60,434 bases of DNA, filler included, from Fonticula-like sp. SCN 57-25 (GCA_001724245.1; 5 parts of 5 records of this genome joined end to end with filler, not necessarily neighbours in it); one strand, 5' to 3'. Counted from the first letter of the whole stretch, positions 1-12,968 are shown. Made by a program: numbers and translations. Notes: a model not told the origin generated them from the sequence alone.

Positions 1-3000
1 CTCTCCGCACCTCTGCTGCTCGTTCGTCAGCAGCGCCATGCCCTGCTGCGTCTCAAAGTTGTTGACGACGACACCGATGAAAAGCTGCACAAAGAACATG
101 TAGCCAACGAGCATGAACGGAATCATAAACACGGCGGCGATCATATTGACGTCGCGCTCGGGCTGCAGGTCGGTGCCGGCAAAGTCGCGAATATCCCAAA
201 ACACGTTCATCCAGCTCTCGGTCGAGGCCGTCTCGAAGAGCGTCAGAAGTGCGACACCGACATTGTCAAAGTCATAGTAGCGCGGCTTGACCCACACGCG
301 CGGGACCATGTACGGATGGGGCTCGCCAGCGCCGACATTGACGCTGTACTCGCCAATGCACGCGGCCTTGTTGGGCGACAGCGGGTCGTTGCAGTAGCCA
401 GTCTTGCCAGCAAAGAGCGTCACGGACCAGATCGAAAAGCCAAACAGCACAAACAGCAGGAGCGCAACACCACGCAAAAGATCCTTCCAGCCACGAACTA
501 GCGTGTAAAAGACAACCTGAAGGGAGGTGAACTGGTTGATGATACGGAGGGGACGCGCCGCGCGGGCAGCACGGAAGAAGCGACTCACACCCTAGTGGAA
601 CGCGTAAGCAAAGAAACGGCATGAAAGTACCAACTCTTCCCCCGCCACGCACCTGCGAGTTTGGCCGGTAGTAAAAGATAAAGCTGTCCATGAACATGCA
701 GAAGAGGACGAAAAAGTCGAGCACGTTCCAAATGTTCTTAAAGTATCCCTTTGGAGTGAACAAGACACCGTCCGCGAGCACGCGCAGCAGGAACTCGAGC
801 GTAAAGATGGCAAAGAAGAACACGTCGAGTCCGTAAAAGAGGTTCGCGTAAAAGTCGCTCTCCCTACGCAGGAGCGGCGTGTCGATAGCGAGGACAATGG
901 TGGAAGCAAAGATAAAGAGCAGGATGATCTTGTCAAAGAGCGGGCGGCGAACCTGCTCGGCTTCCACGTGCTCAGTGCCGAGGTCGACGCGCATCGCCTC
1001 CTTCTCGTCGCGAGCCTCGACGACGTCGCTGCCCACGATGAAGCGGCAGAAGCGGCGGATAGGGTTCGAGCGAGTCATTACAAAGAAGACGCGGTCGTAC
1101 ACGGGCTTGGAGGGCGTCGTCTCGATGCGCGCGGTGGTTGTTGGGGTAGCAAAGGTGACATCGTTGAACTGTAAAAAGTGATCGATCACGTTGCGGGTGC
1201 CTTCAAGATAAGCCTTGCACAGGTCGGGAGTGAAGAGCGTGCGGTAGTGGTGGAACGTCCGGGTCGACCCATCACGCATCGTCACCTCAAAGTCGTCTTC
1301 CTCCGTAGCGGCATGAATAGCACCGCCGCTCTCCTTGCGCCTCACCTCCGTAACCTTCTCGTCCACGGTAGCAGTATCGTCGACGAGCGCAGTGGTCGAC
1401 TTGTACTGAGAGGGATCGTCCGACGAGGCAGCGCTCACGCGAGACCGCTTCCTGAACATGCGGCGGAAAAGACCATCACGCTGACGGCCATCATCGCGGG
1501 AAGACGATTGGCCTTGCCCGTCCTCGAGAGACATGTTGGACGCCTGCTTGATCTCGTAGGAGCTGTCGCCGTCCTCCTCCTGGAGGAATTCGTTGATAAA
1601 GTCACGGCGCACTTGCGCGGTCAGCTGCTTCGACACGTTCTTGGGCTTGACGCTCTGCACGGGGTTCGAGGCAAGCACTCGGCGCATGCCCGAGATTACG
1701 CGCGAACTGAGAGAAAACAGTTGGTGAGTTTAACGGATTCAAACACAATCGGCTGAGGGCAAACGGATATACGCAATCACGCAACAACCGCCCCTTTCCC
1801 AATGAATATCAACGTACTACCAGGTGGCGGTACTCGAATCGTTGAGCGCAGCCATGTACTTTCTGTACTGCTCCCTCACCTTGTCCTCCTCCGACAGCTC
1901 AAAGTTTTCGAGAATGGCGGCGACGATAAAGTTGAGCAGGATGTACACGCAAACGGCAAACGTGAAGAAGAACAAGAGACCCGCAAAGATGACGCGGACG
2001 ACATTGTAGCTGAACCACGTGGTCTCCTGGTGCAGCTGGGCCCCCATCGAAATGTACATGATGTCAACCCAGTTCTCGACGGACATGATCTGGAAGGTGT
2101 TGATGAAGGCCTGCCAGAACGTGTCGTAGTTGTAGCGAGGCGCATACTGCCCAAACGGACCCTCAAACAGCGCATCCTACAGAGCGCGGGTCAGAAATGC
2201 GCAAAGAGAAGAAAGATCCAGTTGATAGATCATCGTACCTGCGCGACTTGATCAACCGTGCTAAACTGTCCTCCGAAAAACTGCATAAAGACCACGCTGA
2301 TAATAGCAAGAATGGACGTCACGAACAAAAGCACGTTAAAGATGACGCGGAACGAACGGAACGCCTTCATGGCAAGCGCGCTCAAGAAGGACCAGCCAGC
2401 GATCACGCGGATGAATCGAAGCACTTGGAAGATGGTCAGGTAGCCGTAGCCAACCCACGAGGGGATCGGGGGGATCTGAATGATCACCGTGACCACAGCA
2501 AGGAACAGCGAAAACACCTCAACTGCGCATGAAATGTTAGCAAAAAAGCCAAAAAAAGCACAAAGACCAAAAGTTCATATCCTCCTACATCTCCCTCCCA
2601 CCCCTTGTCGCATTTACGTACTCCTTGAGGCAAACAGCTGGCGACCGAGCACGAGCAGCTTGAAAGCCGCCTCGGCCGCAAAGCCGGCCGTGAACGCCGT
2701 CTCGATCGAATTGAGGAGCTCGGTCTTTTGCGCGCTGTCATTGGATGTCCGAAGCGCCATCACAATCAGGTTGACCAGGACGGCGATGACAACAATGGCG
2801 CGGAAAGCCCTGCTCCTGATGAGAGCTAGCGATCGGCGGATAAACGTGCTCTTGATGGCGACGCCCTGCTCAACGCGCCAGCCATTCTCATCGTCAATCA
2901 CCTGCTGATCATTCCTGCAAGGTACCACGTGGTTAGTACTCTGATATAGTGCAGCAGGAATCCCAGATATCATCAATAGGTAAACAGCCCGCCGCACATC

Positions 3001-4535
3001 CCTCCCACCCCTTGTCCTACTCTCCATACCTTGCTGATCCAAAGACACCGACTCCGGTTGACTCGGACGACGACGCAAACGTCTTTGCAATGACGGCAAT
3101 GAACAAGTTGATCATTGTAAACGACATGATGAGGATGAGAATGATAAAGTAGAACGGGACCGCGATTGCGTTCTCCGAGTCCATGAGGTCGTACATGAGG
3201 AGCGACCATCCCTCGAGTGTGGCAACGGTAAACACGACCAAGAAAGCAGTCACAAAGTTATCGAACGACTGCGTGCCCAGGTTCGGGTTGTCACCGAAAA
3301 GGCAAATCTGCCCAACAGGGCAAGCGTAGCCTTTCACCGGGTTGGTCGGCATCACGATACTAAAGAAAGGGTTCTGGGGCGGCGGCATAAGAGTCCCATT
3401 CACGTGTGTCCACGAGCCACACAGACGCGCGGGGGTCGCAGCTGTGCCATGATGTTAGTCAAGGATATACATATGTTCGCCCTTGCGTACCCGTTGCGAA
3501 AATGCCGTCGTCAAGGAAGCACTGGCGGCGGAGCGACCCCTGGAAGAGGCGGACACCGACAATGGCAAACAAGAGCCAGAAAAAGATGAGGAACGCAAAC
3601 ACACGGATGAGCAGCGGCATGTTCTCGAGCAAAGCATTGAGAATGTTCTGTTGGAAAGGCAGTTTAGCCACAACATTAGGTGCTCATAAACAATCGCTCG
3701 CACCCTCGTTCCGCTGTAGACGAGCAGCAGCTTGAGCGGCCGCATGGCAACAATCGCGGTAAAGATGCGGATCTCTTGGTATCCGTTGGCATACAGTCCA
3801 AACTGAATCCAGAATGCACACGAAATCAAGACCTCAAAGGTATTCCAAAAGTTCCTGCGGAGATACGAGTCGGGGGTGCGGATCGTGCCGTACACAAAGA
3901 TGCCCCACAGAGACCGAATACTGCCACGAGAGTGTTAGTACACATTTCCATACCATTCCCGTTCCACTCTATGTCGTACGTAAAGGCAGAAAAGAGGCCG
4001 ACCATGATGTACTGCTTGATGTACATATCGCTTGCAAACTGCGCTTCGGCCGCCGGCGTGTCGTACGTTGGGTAGGCAAACATCGCAAGCACAACAAGCA
4101 GCGCCATGTTGAGCAACACATCAATGTACTCGAACCACCTTTAGAAAGCACGCGTAAGCGACTGGTAATCGGCTGATGCACGCCATTCCCCCATCCAAAA
4201 GATCTGTACCTGCTCTCGTAGATTGCGAGCGCCAATCTCCGAACCGGATTGTCCGCCGAAATGAAAAACAGCGACGTGTTCTTAATCTGGGGACCCTTCT
4301 CCTTCACCTCGTCGTCCGCCGCATTGCCGTCGTTGGCCAGCAGGCGCGTCGACGACGTGCCCAGCTGCGTCTCCCAGCCGGTACCGCCGCGCACGCGCGT
4401 ATTGCCGGACGGCGTGAGAACCTGCAGCGGGATCGACGAAGAGCTCGCGTCAAACGCTACACGGCGAGGAAGAGAGAGCCAGGTTAGTCCACGGCTGTGA
4501 ATGCGATCTGCAGGTGGTGGTCCTCGCGTACCCAT
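1..4535 (-). CDS. Four-domain cation channel of the NALCN/Cch1 clade (multi-exon, 3' end runs off the window)
   Basis: Spliced ORFs give pore loops VATLEGW (DI), MSVENW (DII), ASTESW (DIII); low-charge S4 segments such as YLTIFQVLRFIRV; post-IIS6 VAAILENFELSEEDK typical of NALCN/Cch1. Confidence 0.85.
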
Positions 4536-5060
4536 GACGGTCGGAATCCCTTACGGAAAGTGGCCTCTCCGCTCGCGGCCAACACTCCAAAGCGCTATCC
4601 TATCTGCCTTGGAAAGCTCGTACGCTAGGATCCGCCGCGAAAATGGGCAACGAGAGATCCTCAGTCAATCAAAGATCGCGGTCCGTCGCCCACCAAACAC
4701 AGTCTACCCAAAGGCAAGGGACGCGAAGATGTTTTTCGCGCGAATTGAATGCATCGCATGTGATTTCGGGGCAGATTTCCTTTTAAGGTGTTTCAACCAG
4801 GTTTGCGCATCTGCTATTGGTGGGAATCCTGGTCGCGGATGGTTTGGTAGGTCTGCGTCGGGCAGCGTCGGTTAATTTTACGCGGGCAACAGCGGCAAAG
4901 AGAGATCAGCTGAGGGGCAAGGTTGCATTGCTGGCAGCGTGGGCTTGAGCGAGAAAAGTGTGCAAGAAAGAGCCCAAAAGAGGGGCTTGGCGTATAGAGC
5001 TGCTGTGTGCCAAGCGGCATAACGGACTATCTTGTCGTCGTGGTAGCCTCGTTGGAGTCG

Positions 5061-8000
5061 ATGCACCAGGATGGAGCCGGCCTGGTTGACTTCGGTACGC
5101 GTCTCGCCGTGTTCCTCGCGCGTGCGCGGCCTGACGCATGTCTTGCACAGAGTCTCGCGTGGCCGCGTAGTGTCATCGCGCGCCTTTTATATAGGCAGGG
5201 CCATTTTTGCGCTTCGCATCCTCTCCTAATCCTGTACATTTGCTTTATTCTAATCATGGGCCTTTCGTACCCGGCGGTCCGCTCCTTTGATGCTTTTCTC
5301 AGTCGGCCGCGTGGCTTTGAACCCGCCAAGTACTGGGAGAGCAGCGCGGGCCTTTCCTCTGTTGAGAACGACATTTTCATGGACACCTTTCGCGAAGGTC
5401 CCTTTCTTCAGATGCGGCATGTGTTCCTGACGTCGCCCCCCGATGTCTCGTCGTCAAATCCCACCGGGCATCGCGGCGTCCTTTCAAAGGAATTTTTCAT
5501 GAACCTCTTTAAGCTTTACTCTAGCATTCAGTCGTTTGCGGTCCCGTCGCCTTCCACCGGCGATCCGCTGACCCTCCAAGATCTCTGCTTTCGGTCGTCC
5601 GCGTCGGATGACGCCTGCGTGATCCACTCGCCACTCGAGTACTGGCGCAACGATCTATGGCGGCTCACCGCGGACCCCGACATTTACGCGACGCTTGGGT
5701 CGCGGCACGTGCGGTCCAGCATGGGCGTGCCGATGTCGATGCCGCTCGTGTTTGGCGGGATCACCAGCAACGAGACTACCGGGTTCCCAGCGGCCGCGTC
5801 GTCGGCCGTGCTCACCTTTTTCTTTGACGCTCAAGACAGAGAGACGATTCAAAACATCAACGTGTTTTGGGAATCGTTCTGGGAAAGCGCGTGCGAGTCA
5901 GAGGCCGAGCGGAGCCTCGTCAAGATGTTTGGCGTGGAAGGCGCGGTATGCAAGGCGGAAGGGAACACGAGGCGCTTCCTTATGACCGTACGCGGAAAGG
6001 AAAAGGGCTCGACAATGTTAAAGTAATATTTGGCGCGTGTGCTCACTATTGCTTGCCTCGCTAGTTCAACCAAGTTGGCTATGAGCAGTTTGCCGAGATG
6101 CTCCTGCTCGGCCTGAGCTACTTCCTTGTGTTCCTGTACATTTCTCTCTCCCTTGGCCGCGTGGATCTTGTCAAGTCACGCTTTGGTCTTGGCTTTTCGG
6201 CCGTCGTGCTTGTCCTCTCGTCGTTCACAATGTCGTTTGGCGTGTGCTCGCTCCTGGGCATCCACCTGGACCTCGTCCCGTGGGAAATTCTGCCCTTCAT
6301 GGTCATGGCCGTCGGCGTTGAAAACACGTTTGCTCTCACGAGCGCCGTCGTCGCCACATCGGTCGACCTTCCTGTGCGCCAGCGCGTCGGCCTCGGGCTC
6401 GGCCGTTTTGGCGGCTCAATGACGCGCACGCTGATGGCAGAAATCATCATTCTCGGCGCGGGCGTCGGACTCGGCGTCCCCGTGCTCAAGGAATTCTGCA
6501 TGGTCGCGGCAGTCGCCGTCGTCATCGACTACCTGCTCCACATCACATTTTTCATCACTGTACTTTCTATTGACATGAGGAGACTTGAGCTGGCCGACCT
6601 CGGCAAGCACCGGGGCGGCGTGGTCGCTGAAGCGGAAGGGGGCGCAGAGGACGATGGTGCCCCAGCACAGGGAGAAGGAAGGAGGAGGCGAAAGTGGTGC
6701 CGCCTAATCAGTATCGCGGTACGAATTGGCGGTGTCAATGTGGCAATATTGTGGCTCTTTGCGGTTATTACAGTATTATATTCTTGTTTTGTTTTGTTCT
6801 CTTTATCCAACATTTTCCTTTGCTTACATGTGGTACAGGTTGCGGTGGCTATTGTTATTGTTATCGCAATCTATGGCACGACCGACGACGCGTCCACCTC
6901 CGCTTCGTCAGCCTTTGCGTCCGCCGCGCAGCAGGCGATGTTTGCCAACTCGACGTCGACTGCTGTGGACCAGTTTTGGGCGGCGGCCAACCCGTCGCTG
7001 TCTGACACCCACCTCGAAATCAGCGGGTCGCTCATTGTCAAGCTCTCGTCGACGAAGCAGCCGGCGGCGCCGCATCGCACACGCCTGCCGCGCCCGTCGT
7101 CGACCCCACGCACCTTTGTCGGCGAGCAAGTCGATACTGGCGCAACACCGGACGCCCCCGCGGACGACGACATGTACGACGCGCGCGCGTCCGATTGGAC
7201 GTTGGATGTTGCCTTGCTGGCGGCGGCCACGGATGGCGGCCCCCTCTTTGTCGTGTTTGTCGGCGTAATCATTCTGGGCTGCGTCGGCGCGATCATGGTG
7301 ACGCTCGGCTGCGACCCACAGCATGTGCTCGGCCTCATTTTCCCGCGGCAATCCGCGCTGTCGTCGCTGCCGCCAGAGTGGCTTGTTGGCCCGGTGCGCC
7401 AGGTGGCGCTGCGCGCGCGCGGCGATGTCGAATCTTTTGCCGCTACAGAACACTTTGTGGCCACGTGCTCCCTCGACCGCGTGCTGCGCCTCTGGGACCC
7501 CGCGACGGGCGAGTGCCGTGCCGCTATGCCCGCCGGGGCGGGCGCCGCAGTGTGGCATGTGGCCGCGGACGGCCCGTGGGTTGCCACGGCAGGCGCCGAC
7601 GGCCAGGTGAGCATCTACGACGTCGGGCGGAGGACGACGCCAATTTTTGTCTCGCGAACGGTTCCTTATATGGACGATGACGAGCACGAAGCCGAGGAGG
7701 CGGAGCAAGCAGAGAATCGCGGCCACGCAGCCGCCGTTCATGGCCTGATCGTCGACGCTGACGTGCTCGGAGGCGTTGTCCTGTCTGGGTCGGCCGACCG
7801 CACGGTGCGCGTCGCTGCGCTGCACGGCGGCCGCACGCTCGCCACGCTGCGCCACTCGGCGCCCGTCGCGCAGCTGCTTATGCCAAAGGGCGGGACAGCG
7901 TTCGTGACTGGTGCGTCGGACGGGTCCGTGCGCCTCTACGACCTCGCCGCCGTTCAGGGGTCACCGGACGCGCTCCTTACCCTGCGCGGCCACGTCACGC

Positions 8001-8644
8001 CAATCACCGCTTTGGCCGTCGCGCCCGCCGCGACTGCTACCGACAAGCGCGCGGCCGACACTGCGAGCGCCACACAGTCAAATGCCACATTAAATGCAGC
8101 GGCCGAGTCTTTAGTCGACCCTTCTCCTGCGGCACCCCTGCCCGCGCTGTGGATCGCGTCCGGGTCCGAAGAGGGCCAAGTGCGCGTGTGGAACAGCGCG
8201 ACGGGCGAGTGCACACTGGCCCTGACCGCCCACAATGGCCCCGTGCGGCAGCTCGCGCTGGACGTAGCGTCCGGAACGCTCTTGAGCGCTGGCCAAGACG
8301 AGTGCCTTGTGCTGTGGGACGTGCGCACGCAGCGGGCCGTACGCCGCATCGACATGGCGGGGTGCACCGCCTTTGCAGTCGTCGACGGGATTGCCGTCGT
8401 GGCGGCCGGCACGGCGTACCGCGCGTACGAGCTCGCAAGCGGGCGGCTCATCGGCGGCGTGGGGGCCGCGGCGGCCGCAGAGAGGAGGGCAAGCTTTGCG
8501 CCGGCGCTGCTCAGGCCGGCTGACGAGGCGGGCGATATTGTCACGCGTATCGTCAGCGTAGGGGGAGCGCTCTTGAGCGACCACGGAGATGCAGTCATCA
8601 TCTCTCATCTGTCCGCCGCTAGGAGCGTCAGGGCACAAAAGTAA
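5061..8644 (+). CDS. SCAP: SREBP cleavage-activating protein (sterol-sensing domain + WD40), 3 exons
   Basis: SSD YISLSLGRVDLVKSRFGLG and FFITVLSIDMRRLELADL (MELADL-like), luminal C..HSPLEYW, C-terminal WD40 repeats; introns about 5988-6064 and 6719-6838. Confidence 0.9.
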
Positions 8645-8944
8645 AAAAGTAGAGATTACCAGTCACTTTTTTGTGTAAATTATGCGTCATTATTAGCTAC
8701 ATGAGTGTAAATACACTTTAGACATTTTATACCTTTACATTTAATCATATCGGCGATCTAGATATTTGCATATATCACGGCAGTGTTGCAGAATTTTACT
8801 TGTGAACGTCGCGAAATGATCGTTCCTCCCGACATGTCGACAGAAAAATCGATCTTCCACGAGCTACTGAACACGTGCCGCAAGGCCAGGCGGCATTCTG
8901 GTACACGTATCTTTTACTCTGCCGTTAGTGCCATTAGAATAGAG

Positions 8945-9066
8945 TAATTTGCGCACCGCGTCAGAGCCGATGAAAATGTGCACGAGAAATCATTCTTGCT
9001 ACTCACTTTCATATGAATCGCAAGTGGCTGATCAACTTCAACAAAACACCGCAAGTTGAAATTTTG
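8945..9066 (+). ncRNA. Possible divergent U4 snRNA-like element
   Basis: TTTGCGCA, AGCCGATGA, TTGCTACT and Sm-like AAATTTTG at U4-like spacing, stem-loop before the Sm site; K-turn pairing is imperfect. Confidence 0.25.
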
Positions 9067-9331
9067 AGAAAAATGTACCAAAATTGAACTCGACGTTTCT
9101 AGCTGATATATAAAAGCAGGAGCGGCGCATAAAATATCCATTTATTTTTACCTCTGACAGACGCTCCTGTGGCTTTTCAAACTATAAAAGATTATTCAAC
9201 CAATCAAAAATCACGAAAAATGAAAAAGTCACCAATCACGACCCTTAGAATTGATGACCATCATCAAAATCTGATCATCATCAGCCTCGTGGTTCACAGT
9301 TCCTTTTCCCTCCTGCGTGTGCCCATCAGCC

Positions 9332-10418
9332 ATGGACATTAGCGGAGAAGAGCCGCTCCAGTGCGTGCAGCTCGAGGCGCTGGTGCGTACCTTTACTGTC
9401 TTTATATTATTTTGCTTTTTATGGAGTATTTACGCATGTTTTTATAGACGCTTTTGAAGATCATCAAGCACTGCAGCGAGAGTCTGCCCAACCTTGTGAC
9501 TGGCCAGCTGCTCGGTCTTGATGTGCGCGGTTCGCTCGAGGTCACTAACTGCTTCCCCTTCCCTATTACGAAGGACGACGATGACGACGAGCGTGGTTCG
9601 TTTTTACCCCTCTTTGCCTTGTTGATGCTTACCATTCGTTCGATGCGCTTGTTGCAGCCGCCGAAGCCGGCACTCAATATCAGCTCGACATGATGAAGTG
9701 CCTTCGGGAGACGAATGTCGATAATAATGCCGTTGGCTGGTACCAGTCTGCGTACTTTGGCTCGTACCTTGAGATCTCTGTGATTGAGAGCCAGTTCAAC
9801 TACCAGAGCAACATTGCCAAGTCTGTTGTCATCATCTTTGATCCCCGCGGCAACAACGACTCGATGAGCCTCCGCGCGTATCGGTTAACCCAAAAGTTTA
9901 TGGACATTTACCGCGAGAAGAAGTTTACTGCCGAGACTCTTTTGCGGTCGAATTTGACGTTCAACCAGATCTTTGAGGAGGTTCCGATCTCGGTCCGCAA
10001 TGGCCCCCTCGTGAACGCCCTTTTGTATGATCTTCAGGGTTCGTTCCAGTCGCCGCTGATGGAGCAGCTCAGCGTTGTCAACGACGTTTTCCTTGAGCGC
10101 AACATTGAGTTTATGATTGACAGCGTGGACAACGTCGTCAACAAGCAGCAGATGTACCTTAAGAACATCTCGCGCATCCAGCTGCAGCAGCAGCAGTACC
10201 TCAACAAGAAGAAGGCCGAGGCGCAGCACCGCATCGCCATCGGCGAGCCGCCGTTGCCAGAGGAGGACCTGTCGCAGAACCCCCTCTTCAAGCCGCAGGC
10301 CGAGGCGTCCAGGCTCGACGCCCTCCTTGTTACAAACCAGATCGACACCTACTGCAAGCAGATCAACCAGTTTGCGGGGCAGATGTTCCCCAAATTGTTC
10401 CTCTCGTACGACATGTAA
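9332..10418 (+). CDS. EIF3H: Translation initiation factor 3 subunit H (MPN domain), 3 exons
   Basis: LKIIKHC...GQLLGLD...[37 protein letters not shown]. Confidence 0.95.
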
Positions 10419-10703
10419 AAAAATGGGCGGGATCTGTATGTGGATGCGAGTCCGGTTTGGTAATTGTAACGAAAAAATATAGCATATTTTGATTATATCA
10501 GCCTGCCATTGAATTGATTCAAATACCTGAAAGGAGAAAGTATAGAAAGCTTCGTTTTGAATTCGGGCCTATTATGAGTTCTAAATGCGTTCCTTTCATT
10601 ACTATGCTGTTCTAGACTATGCGTAAAACTAGAATGAAGTCCCTTTGTTCCATCCATTCGTTGCGAGCAGCCAAATAAAAGGAGATTCCAATCACTTGTG
10701 TAT

Positions 10704-10790
10704 GTCTGCGGCCATACACACGTGAACGTATTCGTACCCGTCTCGCTCACGAAAATCAAGCGCGTGCTGGTCGAGTCAGTACAGCGGAGG
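10704..10790 (+). rRNA. 5S rRNA-like sequence truncated after about 87 nt and followed by a T6 run
   Basis: GTCTGCGGCCATAC...TGAAC...CCCGTC...AAGC...AGTAC aligns with eukaryotic 5S; helices II and III still pair; 3' third is missing. Confidence 0.7.
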
Positions 10791-10960
10791 TTTTTTGTTT
10801 CAGTCAGTATTCAATAGGTATGGACAGCGTCGCAATGGATATCTGTACAATTTGGTCAAGACAGATAATATGCAGGGTATCAAAAGGATTATTATTTACA
10901 ATACACAAAGACCGACTCTTTTGCATGTTTTTTTCTCGCATCTCCTTTATCATATATCGC

Positions 10961-11733
10961 TTACGTGAGCGTGTCTTCGCTACGAAGGTACTCGCCAACA
11001 TCAGCCTGGTGGAAAGCGACGACCGCGGTGGGGTCGAGCTTGCGGCATGCTGCCGTCCCGTGCGCCAGCGCTCCAAAACCAAGCGGCACATCGTTCATAT
11101 TGAAAATAACAACACCCGCATACCTATTCGGGCAATACCAGTTAGCAAAAGGGAAAAGGATGGCAAGCGGGGGTGATCGTACTGTTCGGCATCCTCGGTC
11201 ATGCGGCCGACGTGCGATTTGAGGACGTGATGGCCATAGACAAAGCTCATCTCACCGGCGGGCTTGATCCACAGCTTGTTCTGCAGGCGCATTGGTTAGC
11301 AACACACAAATCAAAAGGGCGCTTCTCTGTGCGCACCTCGGCGTATTGCGCAAGGTAGTCGAGGCAGGTGACGTGCAGGGTCACCTTGCCCGTCTTGGTA
11401 AACTTGCCAAAGCACGTCCCGAGCGACAACAAGTTGTCGCGCGAAATGTTGGTCGCGCGCAGCATAATGGCCTCGCTGCACAACAAAATATTAGAGGGAA
11501 AAGAACGTTTGAAGGGATGCCGGCGCGTACCTGAGGTAGTAGATGCGATCGCGCTGGAGGCGGAAGCAGTAGGGCTCATCAGGGCGGTCGAGCAAGTAGC
11601 GAATGTTCCGTCCGATACTATGAAACAAATATTAGACAAACGCACACGGGGGAACTAGAGGACTGTTATGCACGCACTATTTGCTCAACTTTTCAAAAAA
11701 CACCTTCATCTCTTCGTCGGTAAGCGGACGCAT
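10961..11733 (-). CDS. NIP7: 60S biogenesis factor NIP7 (multi-exon)
   Basis: [49 protein letters not shown]-terminal [15 protein letters not shown]. Confidence 0.95.
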
Positions 11734-11767
11734 GGTGATGGACCAGAGGGGCGGACGCCACGCGAGA

Positions 11768-11825
11768 TGCAAACTGGAATGCAAACTTGGATGCAAACTG
11801 CAAGGCAATCTTAAAATCACGTGAC
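11768..11825. promoter_or_regulatory. NIP7/PEX14 bidirectional promoter: three TGCAAACT at 12-bp spacing plus E-box TCACGTGA
   Basis: Motifs at 11768, 11780, 11792 and TCACGTGA at 11817-11824, between divergent ATGs. Confidence 0.6.
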
Positions 11826-11862
11826 TAGTCCATCGCTGAGCCGCCGCTGCTTACGCGCCGCC

Positions 11863-12968
11863 ATGGCCATCCGGGAGGATGTTGTGCAGAGCGCTGTTCA
11901 GTTCCTGACGAACCCCAAGGTGCAGTCGAGCCCCCTGGCGCGTCGAATTGCCTTTTTAGAGTCGAAAGAGTTGACTAGCGAGGAGATTGAGGAGGCTCTT
12001 GCGCGCTCCAAGGGTACCTCTGGAGGGGCAACGGCGGTGGCAGCCCCGCCGACGCTGCCGGCGATGCCGTCGGCGCATGCGGCAGCGTACCACGGCCACT
12101 CTCACATGGTTGTCCACCAGCAGCCGGGGTGGTTTGCCACGGCGACGTGGAAGGATTTGGTGCTGGCTGCGGGCTTGGCTGGCGTGGCCGGCTACGGCGT
12201 CTGGAACCTTGCCAAGGTACGATACGAAGCAACTCTGTCGGTATCCTGAGGGAAGTAGGGATTGCGTACAATGTGACTCTTTTGATGCATATTTTGGTTT
12301 CCACGTGTCTCTTTATTCTTTTCTTTGCTCACATCCTTCTCTAGACGCACCTCGCCCCCATTGTGTCCTGGGTGACCCCCGCGAGCCTCGACGCGGACCG
12401 CAAGTCGTTCGAGAGCGACCTCGCCTCGACCAACGCGTCTATTCGCGAGGTCCGCGAGCAGACGGCCACGATCACCGCAGCGCTTGAGAAGCAGCGCGCG
12501 GACCTTGACCAGGCGCTGTTGTCGCTCGACGGCGCCATCGTCAAGGCGACGACGGCGGCGGCGGACCGCGACGCCGAGTCGCGGCGCCTCGAGGAGCAGG
12601 TGAGCTCGCTCAACCGCCTCGTGCCCGAGTCAATGGAAAAGTTTAGGGAGGAGCAGCGCAGGGCGCTCAGCGACGTCTCGGAAGAGTTCAAGTCGCTCAA
12701 GCTCATGCTCCTCAACCGCAGGCCCGACGCCCACGCGATCACGTCGCCCAGTGTCCCGCGCGCGACATCTCTGAGCCACGTGGCGGTTAGCGGGTCGCCG
12801 GGGCTCCCGGCGTGGCAGCTCGATGCCACGAAGGCGCCGGAAAGCCCGGCAAGCAAGCCGGTCGCGGGCCTCGGTGCACCGGCCACCAACGAAGGGGCGG
12901 CGGTGGGCAAGGAGGCGGCTAATGCTGATGCGGTAAACGAGGAGGGGGCCGCGCCCACAAGCTCGTAA
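11863..12968 (+). CDS. PEX14: Peroxin 14, 2 exons
   Basis: IREDVVQSAVQFLTNPKVQSSPLARRIAFLESKELTSEEIEEAL, TM segment, coiled coil with SLKLMLLNRR, LPAWQL. Confidence 0.92.

Noticed and set aside
9085-9095. GAACTCGACGT as the missing 3' piece of the 5S-like RNA
   Set aside because: Flanks do not supply the helix IV or helix I partners; probably chance
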